A stretch of 64,000 nt of DNA. Source: a bacterium (GTDB lineage: Bacteria > Patescibacteriota > Minisyncoccia > Phycocordibacterales > UBA2100). The stretch is taken from contig RFQR01000005.1 in assembly GCA_009924895.1 (NCBI GenBank), forward strand, positions 3,710 to 67,709, in the 5' to 3' direction. The position numbers and the translations under genes were made by a program. Below are positions 47,826 through 56,569 of the stretch, one piece after another (the stretch's first letter is position 1; every line of letters begins with the position of its first letter). The notes under the pieces are model-generated. The model was not told the origin of the DNA. It saw nothing but the letters and a program-made list of their open reading frames with translations, and searched no databases.

Positions 47826-48926
47826 TTAGCTGTGTCGAAATTCAGTCACGTCTCCATCTTGAAAGACGTATTCCTTCCCTTCCGTACGGATCATTCCCTT
47901 ATCGCGCGCTGCAGACCATGAGCCAGCTTCAAGTAGTTTGTCCCACTGAATCACTTCAGCGCGGATAAACTTGTTTTGGAAATCAGTGTGAATAACCCCG
48001 GCAGCTTCTGGCGCTGTCGCGCCACGCACTATGGTCCATGCACGTGTCTCCTTTTCGCCAGTTGTAAAGTATGAAATCAGGTTAAGGAGCCGATAGCCTG
48101 CGCGGATGAGGTCGTTGATACCGTCTCCCTGTACGCCCAGGTCGCGACGGAAATCAGCACGCTCCTCGTCGCCTACATCATTGAGTTCGTTCTCTACGCC
48201 CGCATCAACAAACACCCACTGCGCCCCGAGTGATTCAAGGAGTGACTGGAGCGCTTTCCAGCGATCTCCGTTTTCTGCATCGACGTTTACTGCCCCGCTC
48301 TTTCTATTTAATACAAAAAGCATGGGCTTGGTGGTAAGGAGGTTAAAGCTTTTTGCAATGTTCTGCTCGTACTCATCGAGTGCAACAGAGCGAGCGGGCT
48401 TTCCTTGGTCGAGCGCTTGTACCAGCTTGCGCAGGACATCACGCTCCGCGATAAGATCTTTGTCACCTCCTTTGGCATCGCGCTCTACACGGTCAAGACG
48501 CTTTTTCGCACTTTCGAGATCAGCGAGCGTAAGCTCGAGGTTGATAACTTCGATATCACGAGCAGGATCGACCTCCCCCGCAACGTGATGCACGTCCTCA
48601 TCGTCAAAAAGCCGGACGACCTGCGCGATTGCATCGGTCTCACGAATATGGGTGAGAAACTGATTCCCTAGCCCCTCGCCTTGTGCAGCGCCTTTTACAA
48701 GACCCGCAATATCAACAAATTCAACAACAGCAGGAATTGTTTTTTCTGATACAGACATCTGCGCAAGACGATCAAGCCGTGGATCAGGCACTGCCACAAT
48801 TCCTACAGAAGGGTCAATGGTGCAAAACGGATAATTCTCCGCAGGAACACCTTTTTTCGTAAGGGCGTTAAAAAGTGTGGATTTACCGACATTTGGCAAC
48901 CCGACAATACCAATTGAAAGTGACAT
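47826..48926 (-). CDS. ychF: Ribosome-binding ATPase YchF
   Basis: GLPNVGKS, NYPFCTIDP, DIAGLVKGA, IHTDF, EGKEY. Confidence 0.97.
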   Translation of the reverse strand: MSLSIGIVGLPNVGKSTLFNALTKKGVPAENYPFCTIDPSVGIVAVPDPRLDRLAQMSVSEKTIPAVVEFVDIAGLVKGAAQGEGLGNQFLTHIRETDAIAQVVRLFDDEDVHHVAGEVDPARDIEVINLELTLADLESAKKRLDRVERDAKGGDKDLIAERDVLRKLVQALDQGKPARSVALDEYEQNIAKSFNLLTTKPMLFVLNRKSGAVNVDAENGDRWKALQSLLESLGAQWVFVDAGVENELNDVGDEERADFRRDLGVQGDGINDLIRAGYRLLNLISYFTTGEKETRAWTIVRGATAPEAAGVIHTDFQNKFIRAEVIQWDKLLEAGSWSAARDKGMIRTEGKEYVFQDGDVTEFRHS

Positions 48927-48957
48927 GGCGAACGAAAGTAAGTATAGTATAACCCTT

Positions 48958-49050
48958 TGGTCACAACTCTCGTCGTGTCAACACGACTCGGTCGCGACAG
49001 AGCCTCGCGGTTTCGCTTGCTGGCAAAACATCGCTCCTGCCGTCTAAACG
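48958..49050 (-). repeat. Structured dispersed repeat related to 4677-4810
   Basis: Minus strand GAGCGATGT...GCAAGCGAAACCGCGAGGC followed by a hairpin. Confidence 0.55.
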
Positions 49051-49079
49051 TCAAGAAAAAGTAAAGCAGGTTACTTTTT

Positions 49080-49472
49080 CTAGCGCTTCGACCATTGCGG
49101 TGCGCGACGAGCAGCCTTGAGACCAAATTTCTTGCGCTCTTTTGAGCGAGGATCGCGCTTCAAAAATCCGCGCTTTTTTAGATCAGTACGAAGTACGGGT
49201 GTTTCTTCAGTGAGTCCACGCGCAATAGCGTGGCGTATTGCCTCGGCTTGAGCTTTGTGTCCGCCACCTGAGACACGGACGGTAACTGTGTGTGTTGCAC
49301 CCACTGCCTGGAGTGCGGCAAAGGCAGTCTTGACCATAGACTCAAGAGGAAAATACTCCTCAGCACTTCTTCCGTTAACTACCATGGATGCAGTCTTTGC
49401 AGGGGTGATACGAACGCGAGCCGAAGCAGTCTTACGGCGTCCCACAGTCTCAATGTAACGTTTAGTAGTCAT
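49080..49472 (-). CDS. rpsI: 30S ribosomal protein S9
   Basis: GRRKTA, GGGHKAQAEA, ERKKFGL, QWSKR. Confidence 0.98.
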   Translation of the reverse strand: MTTKRYIETVGRRKTASARVRITPAKTASMVVNGRSAEEYFPLESMVKTAFAALQAVGATHTVTVRVSGGGHKAQAEAIRHAIARGLTEETPVLRTDLKKRGFLKRDPRSKERKKFGLKAARRAPQWSKR

Positions 49473-49474
49473 AC

Positions 49475-49828
49475 TTATTCAGTGATAGTAAGGTTCTTCA
49501 TGCGTCCGACACGAAGCGTGTTACGAGGAATCATGCCCTGTACGGCTGTTCTGATCACCGCACTCATACCCTTTCGTGCCGAGAGAGAAGAGAGCTTTTC
49601 GCGCTTGAGGCCACCTGGGTACTGAGAGTAGTGCTCGTACACTTTGGTGAGGCGCTTCTTCTCAGAAACAAGCAGCTTCGATGCGTTTGTGATAACAACG
49701 ATAGTGCCAGAGGTCTTGTTTGGCGTATATGAAGAGAGTGTCTTACCAATAAGATGCTTTGCAGCTTCAGACGCAACGCGTCCGAGAGATTTTCCTGCTG
49801 CATCAATAGTGTGAGTACGGTCATTCAT
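49475..49828 (-). CDS. rplM: 50S ribosomal protein L13 (short)
   Basis: IDAAGKSLGRVAS, YTPN, YPGGLK, AVQGMIP. Confidence 0.95.
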   Translation of the reverse strand: MNDRTHTIDAAGKSLGRVASEAAKHLIGKTLSSYTPNKTSGTIVVITNASKLLVSEKKRLTKVYEHYSQYPGGLKREKLSSLSARKGMSAVIRTAVQGMIPRNTLRVGRMKNLTITE

Positions 49829-49830
49829 AC

Positions 49831-50187
49831 TTAGTTTAGAAATTCTATTCGAGCAAATTCAGCAACGCGCTTTCCGACGCGGCCAAGCTTGGTAATACGG
49901 GTATAGCCGCCTGATCGAGTTGAAAAACGCGGGGCAATATCTGCCATAAGCTTTTGTGTCGCTTCACCCTGGTTACCAAGGCGCTCAGTAATCGAACGTC
50001 GCGATGCAAGGGTGCCTGACTTTGCCGTTGTTACCAGGCGCTCAATGAATGGTCGAAGTTCTTTTGCCTTCGCTTCCGTTGTGGTGATAGCACCGTGCAA
50101 AACAAGAGAACGTGCGAGAGAACGCAAAAGAGCTGTGCGTTGATTTTTTTCTCGGCCAAATTTTCTGTTTTTGCGGTGATGCTTCAT
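49831..50187 (-). CDS. rplQ: 50S ribosomal protein L17
   Basis: ITTTEAKAKELR, GGYTRI. Confidence 0.97.
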   Translation of the reverse strand: MKHHRKNRKFGREKNQRTALLRSLARSLVLHGAITTTEAKAKELRPFIERLVTTAKSGTLASRRSITERLGNQGEATQKLMADIAPRFSTRSGGYTRITKLGRVGKRVAEFARIEFLN

Positions 50188-50190
50188 ATG

Positions 50191-51162
50191 CTATTTATCG
50201 CCTCGCAGTGTAAGACCCATGTTTGAGAGTGCGCGCTTGATGTCCTGAAGACCTTTTTGTCCCAAGCCTTCAATAGAGAGTAGGTCATCTTCGCGCTTAC
50301 GGACCAAGCCACCGACCGTGCGAATTGAGGCATTATCAAGTGCCTCCTCAACGCGTGTCGGAAGTTTGAGTTCGGTAATGCGTGTTTTTAGTATCTCAGC
50401 ATCTGCTGGGTGCTTGTCTGCGAGAGCGTCTTCGTCATCAGTGCTCTTTGATTCAGGAATAACGATTTCTTCTTCTTTGAAACCAACAACCGCTTTGAGC
50501 TGGTGGATCATTGTCTCGATCGAGCGCTCGAGCGCTTCACGAGGAGAGAGAGTGCCGTCAGTTTCAATAAGAATTTTGAGGCGGTTGAAGTCGGTGCGAT
50601 CACCAACGCGCATGTTTTCTACTTCGTAGTTAACGCGTCGAATAGGAGAGAAAATAGCGTCAAGTGCAATCGTACCGATTTCTACACGCTTTTTCTGATG
50701 CGCCTCTTTTGGAACGTAGCCAAGACCGCGCTCAGCGTTAATCTCGACCTCAAGCGATATCTTACCAGTGATGCTTGCGATGTGCTGTTCAGGATTCAGG
50801 ACTTCTACTTGACCAGGGATTTTCAAGTCAGCAGCTGTTACTTCTTTCGGGCCTTTTACCGAGAGCGTTATGACCTGCGCCTCGTCAGTTGCAATTTTGA
50901 GACGAACACGGCGCAGGTTCAAGATCATCGTAACGACGTCTTCTTTCACACCTTCAATGGTAGAAAATTCATGTGCAACGCCAGGGATTGAGACGTGGGT
51001 GATTGCGGAGCCAGGAAGAGACGAGAGAATAATGCGGCGGAGTGAGTTACCCAAGGTATAACCATACCCGGGGTAGAGACCGTCGATTTCATAGGTTCCC
51101 GCGCGCTCGCTTTCCGAGACGACGCGTGGCTTACTTGGCAGTGCAATGTGATAATCAGACAT
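50191..51162 (-). CDS. rpoA: RNA polymerase alpha subunit
   Basis: GYGYTLGNSLRRIILSS, HEFSTIEGVKED, alpha-CTD. Confidence 0.98.
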   Translation of the reverse strand: MSDYHIALPSKPRVVSESERAGTYEIDGLYPGYGYTLGNSLRRIILSSLPGSAITHVSIPGVAHEFSTIEGVKEDVVTMILNLRRVRLKIATDEAQVITLSVKGPKEVTAADLKIPGQVEVLNPEQHIASITGKISLEVEINAERGLGYVPKEAHQKKRVEIGTIALDAIFSPIRRVNYEVENMRVGDRTDFNRLKILIETDGTLSPREALERSIETMIHQLKAVVGFKEEEIVIPESKSTDDEDALADKHPADAEILKTRITELKLPTRVEEALDNASIRTVGGLVRKREDDLLSIEGLGQKGLQDIKRALSNMGLTLRGDK

Positions 51163-51203
51163 GGCAAAAACGCGATGCTTATAAAAAGTAACTAACTATA
51201 ACA

Positions 51204-51812
51204 CTATCTGCTATAAAATTCAAATAGTGTTGAATAATTAAAGCTTCCTTCTCCACGGATAAATTCCGGAAGGCCGGTTACTTTAATTTTCATGAGCGGA
51301 AAATCAACGTGAAGCCACTTGGGAAGAGTCTTTTTCGGAGTGATCTCGTCGGTCAAGGGAGCGTAGAGCGTGCTTCCTCGGTTGTTCTCTCGAACAAGTA
51401 CGGTGTCCCCCTTCTTGACCGAAAAGGACGGGACATTAACACGGCGACCATTTACGGTGAAATGCCCATGTGAGACTGCCTGGCGCGCAGCGCGGCGCGT
51501 CGAAGCAAAGCCCGCGTGGTAAATTACGCTATCGAGGCGTGACTCAAGCGCGCCATGGAGCGCTTGTGAAGGGTCTTTTGCCCCCATCGATGCCTCTGCA
51601 TACTTAGAAAGCTGGCTTTCAGAGAGGCCAAACGAAAAGCGAATACGCTGCTTTTCGAGAAGTTGGCGACCATAATCCGATCCCCCGCGTCCTCCGCGTT
51701 TTGCTTTCTTTGCGCGAGCGTCAGAGAGCGCAAACTTTTGTGTTTGGAGCTGCTCAAAAATAGCAGGACCAAGGCGTTTGCCAATTTTGTACTTTGATTT
51801 GATGGGAAGCAT
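51204..51812 (-). CDS. rpsD: 30S ribosomal protein S4
   Basis: SDYGRQLLEKQ, LESRLD, ARQAVSHGH, FEFYSR. Confidence 0.97.
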   Translation of the reverse strand: MLPIKSKYKIGKRLGPAIFEQLQTQKFALSDARAKKAKRGGRGGSDYGRQLLEKQRIRFSFGLSESQLSKYAEASMGAKDPSQALHGALESRLDSVIYHAGFASTRRAARQAVSHGHFTVNGRRVNVPSFSVKKGDTVLVRENNRGSTLYAPLTDEITPKKTLPKWLHVDFPLMKIKVTGLPEFIRGEGSFNYSTLFEFYSR

Positions 51813-51983
51813 GTTAGAAATTCTTAGCGAGTAACACGAGCTTAGAAGTTCTTACACCCCGCTCTAATTTTACTGAGCTAGTGGTTGCCGAAATCTGTAC
51901 TGTTAACTCGCGTTGCATCATATACTAATAATAGTGTTCTGTAAAATTAGTGCGGGGTAAGTGTCCGCTTCGCTTCCCTTAAT
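51813..51983 (-). repeat. ~170-bp promoter-bearing hairpin element, copy before rpsD
   Basis: IR CCCCGCTCTAATTTTAC/GTAAAATTAGTGCGGGG; sense-strand TTTACA-N17-TATGAT. Confidence 0.85.
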
Positions 51984-52418
51984 TTAGATACGTCGTGGCT
52001 TAGGAGGACGCGGACCATTGTGTGGCACCGGAGTGTCATCAGAAATCTTGATAATATCAACGCCTTTTGATGCAAAACCGCGAAGAGCTGACTCCCTGCC
52101 AGCACCAACGCCGCGGATAGTCACCGCTACTTCCTTTATGCCAATAATCGCAGCTTTTTCACCAACAAGTTCACCCACCTTTGCTGCTGCAAATGGTGTA
52201 CCCTTTTTAGCGCCGTTAAAACCGAGTGCTCCTGAGGATGACCATGCAACTACGCCGCCTTTGTCATCGGTCAGTGAGACGAGAGTGTTGTTATAGGTTG
52301 CCTGAACGAACAAGTGTCCGATCGCAATGTTGCGTTTAGCAACACGCGCCAAAGAGCGAGACTTGAGTCCCTGATCAACGGTTCCGCCACTTTTTCGTAT
52401 GATTCGTTTTTTTCCCAT
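51984..52418 (-). CDS. rpsK: 30S ribosomal protein S11
   Basis: ATYNNT, KKGTPFAA, GAGRESA, TPVPHNG. Confidence 0.98.
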   Translation of the reverse strand: MGKKRIIRKSGGTVDQGLKSRSLARVAKRNIAIGHLFVQATYNNTLVSLTDDKGGVVAWSSSGALGFNGAKKGTPFAAAKVGELVGEKAAIIGIKEVAVTIRGVGAGRESALRGFASKGVDIIKISDDTPVPHNGPRPPKPRRI

Positions 52419-52592
52419 TGTGTTAGAAGCTCTTAACGAGCGAAGCGAGTTTAGAGATTCTTACATCCCTCCCCAATTTTACTCGGTCAGTACTTGCAAA
52501 AATCTACATCTTTAACTCGCGCAATATTGTATAGCAAAAAAATCAGTTTGTAAAATTGGCGAGGGAAAGATACTCAATCCCCGCTCTCGTAA
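52419..52592 (-). repeat. ~170-bp promoter-bearing hairpin element, copy before rpsK
   Basis: IR CCCTCCCCAATTTTAC/GTAAAATTGGCGAGGG; sense-strand TTTACA-N17-TACAAT. Confidence 0.8.
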
Positions 52593-52976
52593 TCATGTCT
52601 TTTCAAGCTTACGACGGCCTGAAAGCATGGTCTTACGAACGTTTCCTCGAACGGTGCGCGAATTCGTTTTGGTTCCTTGACCTCGCGCTGGAAGGCGCTT
52701 TGCATGGCGCGAGCCACGATAGGACTTGATGTCTTTCAGGCGGCGCACGTTTGCAGAAATTTGTCGTCGAAGCTCACCCTCAAGAGTGAATGCCTCTACG
52801 GTCTCGCGGAGAGCTGCCTCCTCTTTTGCAGTGAGGTCCTTGGGGCGTTTTCCACCGTCGATACTAAGTCCTGCGAGGACTTCCTGAGCGCGAGGACGAC
52901 CAACGCCATAAATAGTCGTAAGACCTATGTCGAGGCGTTTTTCATCGGGTACGGTTATTCCAGCAATACGTAGCAT
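52593..52976 (-). CDS. rpsM: 30S ribosomal protein S13
   Basis: RIAG, LTTIYGVG, YRGSRH, RGQGTKTNSRT. Confidence 0.98.
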   Translation of the reverse strand: MLRIAGITVPDEKRLDIGLTTIYGVGRPRAQEVLAGLSIDGGKRPKDLTAKEEAALRETVEAFTLEGELRRQISANVRRLKDIKSYRGSRHAKRLPARGQGTKTNSRTVRGNVRKTMLSGRRKLEKT

Positions 52977-53145
52977 GTTAGAGGTTCTTAGCGAGTATTT
53001 GCGAGCTTAGAAGCTCTTACACCCCGCACTAATTTCAGCGGACTCAATGTAAGATATGCTTTTTTCTGCTCGTTGGACATCATATGCTAAAAGTGTTGTT
53101 CTGTAAAATGTAGTGCGGGGTAAGTGTTCGCTTCGCTCCCTTAAA
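52977..53145 (-). repeat. ~170-bp promoter-bearing hairpin element, copy before rpsM
   Basis: IR CCCCGCACTA/TAGTGCGGGG; sense-strand TTTACA-N17-TATGAT. Confidence 0.85.
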
Positions 53146-53259
53146 TTAGCCCTGGCGCTGTTTATGGCGTGGGTTTTCGCAAATAACACGAAGCTTGCCA
53201 CGACGTTTTACTGTCGAGCAATGCATGCAAATTTTCTTAACGGATGCTTTTACTTTCAT
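53146..53259 (-). CDS. rpmJ: 50S ribosomal protein L36 (not in ORF track)
   Basis: Hand translation: [37 protein letters not shown]. Confidence 0.97.
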   Translation of the reverse strand: MKVKASVKKICMHCSTVKRRGKLRVICENPRHKQRQG

Positions 53260-53313
53260 GATTACTGCTGAGCAGTTGAGGATTTATAACACAGCTTTCA
53301 ATTTCTACAAAGT

Positions 53314-53520
53314 TTATACGCGGCGAGTGATACGTGCTCGTCCTCCGTAGGGGTCGAGTATCATTTCAACGGTGTCGCCGACTAGTACTTTTATCTTGTG
53401 AAGTCGCATCTTGCCCGCAAGATACGCGAGCACGAGTTCTCCTGAATCGAGTTTGACTCGAAACAGAGTGTTGGGAAGCGCCTCTTCGACGATCCCTTTC
53501 GCAACTTCGGCTTGTGACAT
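53314..53520 (-). CDS. infA: Translation initiation factor IF-1
   Basis: EALPNTLFRV, AGKMR...IKVLVGD. Confidence 0.96.
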   Translation of the reverse strand: MSQAEVAKGIVEEALPNTLFRVKLDSGELVLAYLAGKMRLHKIKVLVGDTVEMILDPYGGRARITRRV

Positions 53521-53641
53521 ATCTTCTTAATAAGAATACTCCACTACTGTCAAAAGGTCAACACAGTTCTGTGCATGTTTTGTGCGTGGATCCTCTCGAA
53601 AAAGCAAAACCACCCTCGGAGGTGGTTTTGTCGGTGCCGAT

Positions 53642-54088
53642 TTACGCTGTTTTGCAATCGTTGCAGTCTTTACACTCAGGACAAATACCTCCCAGCAGGG
53701 TACAGTGCTGGTGATAGCTCCATGCACCAGGACCAAATTTCACTACGTAGAGCAGGCCGCCGATAATCGCGAGGTTTTTGAGGAACATTACCTGCTGCAT
53801 CTGCTGTGACCAATCCATGTGGAAGAATATGGTTGCGAGTGCAGTAAAGGCAATGAGCATCCATGCACCAATACGTGCATGAAAGCCAGTTAGTACCATG
53901 AGCGCCCCTCCCAATTTCAAGAAGAGAGCTATAACGGTAGCTACTTCTGCCATAGGAACACCAACTGATGCAATCATCTGGACAGAACCAGAAAAGTTCA
54001 TCAGCATTCCCCAACCACTAATAAGAAAAAGGCTCGCAATAAGTACACGACCAACGGGCATACACCACTTGCTTATTGATGTATTCAT
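53642..54088 (-). CDS. DoxX-family membrane protein with Cys-rich tail
   Basis: GRVLIASLFLISG, FLKNLAIIGGLL, GPGAWS; tail HCTLLGGICPECKDCNDC. Confidence 0.88.
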   Translation of the reverse strand: MNTSISKWCMPVGRVLIASLFLISGWGMLMNFSGSVQMIASVGVPMAEVATVIALFLKLGGALMVLTGFHARIGAWMLIAFTALATIFFHMDWSQQMQQVMFLKNLAIIGGLLYVVKFGPGAWSYHQHCTLLGGICPECKDCNDCKTA

Positions 54089-54193
54089 AATCTTGCGCAC
54101 TAAGTTAGTAAGTACCCTAATGGTACCGGGGTATTCAAATAGAACAAGGGCCAGTGTTCACATTGCTGTAACACTGGCCCTCGAGTCGTCCGA

Positions 54194-54901
54194 TCAGGAC
54201 ACGAGTTCGTGCCCTTTTGGAGCTTTGATCTCGATCTTGACGGCGATCTGCACGTGACGTTTTCCGTGCATGATGCAACCGCCGTTTTCACGCACCGCCT
54301 TATAGATCATGGCGAGTGTGTTGCCGCGCGTGTAGTGGTATTGGCGTTCGTATTCGAAGACGCTCGGATCAGAGCACTTGTCCAGTGTGTCGTCGCCGAT
54401 CCAGATAGTCCGGAACTTCCGGATCGTTCCTTTTGCACCATCTGAACAGGCCGGAACCAGCCAAACCCACTTGGTGACCACCGGTTGGTGGAGTGATTCG
54501 GCGATTTCGCCCGCTTGGTTGACTTTGGCGACGTAGCCAAGGTTGGCGTCAAGCCATGCGGTCTGTTCTGCGTCTGTCGCGAGAATCGGAAACGGCTGCT
54601 CTTCGCTGCAGTGTTTGCCTGCCGCGACTGCTTTTTCACGCAGGATTGGGTCGAGTACGACCGTCGAAAGCGGCATTTCCTCGAACAGGTTGCGCAGTTG
54701 AAGCAAGAACCTGCCGTTGCCGAGAGCTTTCAGGTTGTTTCGGCCGATGACGATTCGTCCGAAACCGCGGTTGAAGTAGTAGTTCAGCTGGTTTTTCACC
54801 CACCTGCCGATGCCGAGCCCCACCAGGAGGGTGAAGCAAACGTAGGCGAGGAGTTGTAACCCATGATATTGGGTTGGTGTCAGTGAGAACAAGTCGAACA
54901 T
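54194..54901 (-). CDS. Orphan protein, N-terminal TM
   Basis: SD-led, GC3-rich 235-aa ORF. Confidence 0.7.
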   Translation of the reverse strand: MFDLFSLTPTQYHGLQLLAYVCFTLLVGLGIGRWVKNQLNYYFNRGFGRIVIGRNNLKALGNGRFLLQLRNLFEEMPLSTVVLDPILREKAVAAGKHCSEEQPFPILATDAEQTAWLDANLGYVAKVNQAGEIAESLHQPVVTKWVWLVPACSDGAKGTIRKFRTIWIGDDTLDKCSDPSVFEYERQYHYTRGNTLAMIYKAVRENGGCIMHGKRHVQIAVKIEIKAPKGHELVS

Positions 54902-55014
54902 CTGGCTTCCTCTTTGGTTGACCCGCCTCTGTGGCGAGAGCCCATCAGGCTGACGTGCTTATACCATAAAAATCCACCCCTGTCCACACTTGCGTGGACA
55001 GGGGTTCAGCTGCA

Positions 55015-55788
55015 TCAGGCAGCTTCGCTCAGAGCATCGAGTGCCTGCTCGATTCCGGGCGTCTTGCGTGTGAGGATCTCTGCAGTCCACACAGGCGCTT
55101 GCTGGCCGATTTCGATTTCGTTTTCGAGAGTTGCTTCAGCAAACAGGGCGCGAGACAGCTCATATTGCTTTGCCATCTCGACCATAGCTTCGATGTAGAC
55201 TGCGTGCGATTGACGGTGCGGGACCAGACGAGCGACAAAGTCCGCATCCAACATCTGCACGAGCCGCCCGGGGTTCACCTTGATGACGTGCGGCATCATC
55301 ATGCCATCATCGCTCTTGAGAGCGGTGAGCATGAATGCACGATTGCGCTGCACATATGCTCCGTGGTTTTCATCCACCGCATCTTCTGTCGCGACCGTGT
55401 CGTCACCGGTGATATGGCGGTGGATACGTTCCATTCCGCTGTGATGGATTGCTCCCCGCGGCAGAAGCGGCTGTCCCGGCCTCACATGTGTGACGTGCTT
55501 ACGAACGAGTGCTTGAAGCCGGGCGCTACCGAACACTTTGTCGAGAGTTGGCAGCTCGGGTGGCGTAATCCCACGGATCTCGACGTAGCCGGGGAGTTCG
55601 CGGAACGCGATGTTGACAACGGCAACGTTGTCACGATCGATACCCTTTCTGCCGTCATTGTACCCACGCGCGCGGGCCCAGCCGTACGTGAAGTAGCCCA
55701 CGATTGCGCACAACGAAACGACGATGGCGAGAAAGACACGCCATTCGTCTGCCGTAACGTTTGCGAGTGTATTCCATAGTTTGTCCAC
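55015..55788 (-). CDS. Orphan protein, N-terminal TM
   Basis: AAGGAG-led GTG start; downstream hairpin at 54978-55005. Confidence 0.7.
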   Translation of the reverse strand: MDKLWNTLANVTADEWRVFLAIVVSLCAIVGYFTYGWARARGYNDGRKGIDRDNVAVVNIAFRELPGYVEIRGITPPELPTLDKVFGSARLQALVRKHVTHVRPGQPLLPRGAIHHSGMERIHRHITGDDTVATEDAVDENHGAYVQRNRAFMLTALKSDDGMMMPHVIKVNPGRLVQMLDADFVARLVPHRQSHAVYIEAMVEMAKQYELSRALFAEATLENEIEIGQQAPVWTAEILTRKTPGIEQALDALSEAA

Positions 55789-55896
55789 GGAGGATCTCCT
55801 TGCTTGGACGACAGTGTCCGCCTGAACTCTACGTTTTTTGTTGTAAATGTCAAAAAGAATGCGGGCGGCGCTTTAAGCGCCGCCCGCAAAAGCCTA

Positions 55897-56517
55897 CTAA
55901 GTCTTCGGGACGCAATAGAGATACATGTTCCCTATCTTGCCGACGTACGGCTTTGCTTGGTTCAGCGTTGCCCACTGTTTTGCAGTGCTTAACACACGTC
56001 GAACCTCAGAGCCGGTATAGTCGTTCACGCACCAGTATTCTTCCGGCCAAGAGAAACGATATTCTCCTGCGACAGCTTTTCTGATAACAACGCTGCGCTC
56101 ATTTTGCCGCCAGTATTTGTTAGTCTCGAGTGCCCACCGGCGACTGAACTCAACGAAGCCTTTGAAGCGCTCCCACTTAGTTTTGAAGTTGCCGATTGGG
56201 CAGAAGTCTTCAAGGCCCTGTGCGACACGACGGCGGTGTATTTCTGCCGCCATTGCTGCTTGCTGCTCGAAGAGTGCTTGCTGTCCTTTTTTCGGCCCTC
56301 TTCTATCGAGGTTGACGTCAAGCGTCTGAGCAAGGCACTCAGACTGAACTGTTTTTGCTCCGTAGCTGTACATCAGATAGGTCGTACCGACAATCGTAAT
56401 CAACACCATACCGGTACTGAGTACGATAATGTGCCAGGTTTTCCAACGCTTTTTTTCGCTCACAGTGATTCTCCGTTTTCGTTGATTCTTCACATACCAT
56501 ACAATGAAAATGTGCAC
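55897..56517 (-). CDS. Membrane-anchored orphan with remote SleB/Hydrolase_2-like pattern (start uncertain)
   Basis: TM, ECLAQ...QAAMAAEIHRR...C...W...VGKIGNMYLY; downstream hairpin at 55860-55888. Confidence 0.55.
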   Translation of the reverse strand: MHIFIVWYVKNQRKRRITVSEKKRWKTWHIIVLSTGMVLITIVGTTYLMYSYGAKTVQSECLAQTLDVNLDRRGPKKGQQALFEQQAAMAAEIHRRRVAQGLEDFCPIGNFKTKWERFKGFVEFSRRWALETNKYWRQNERSVVIRKAVAGEYRFSWPEEYWCVNDYTGSEVRRVLSTAKQWATLNQAKPYVGKIGNMYLYCVPKT

Positions 56518-56569
56518 ATTTCAAGTAAAACGTTAAGGGCGCGCTCACTAAGGAGCGCACCCTTCGATT

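Noticed and set aside
51813-53145. Integron attC sites (TCTAAC/GTTAGA ends)
   Set aside because: The repeats separate core ribosomal genes, lack a matching R'/R'' pair at both ends, and no integrase is present.
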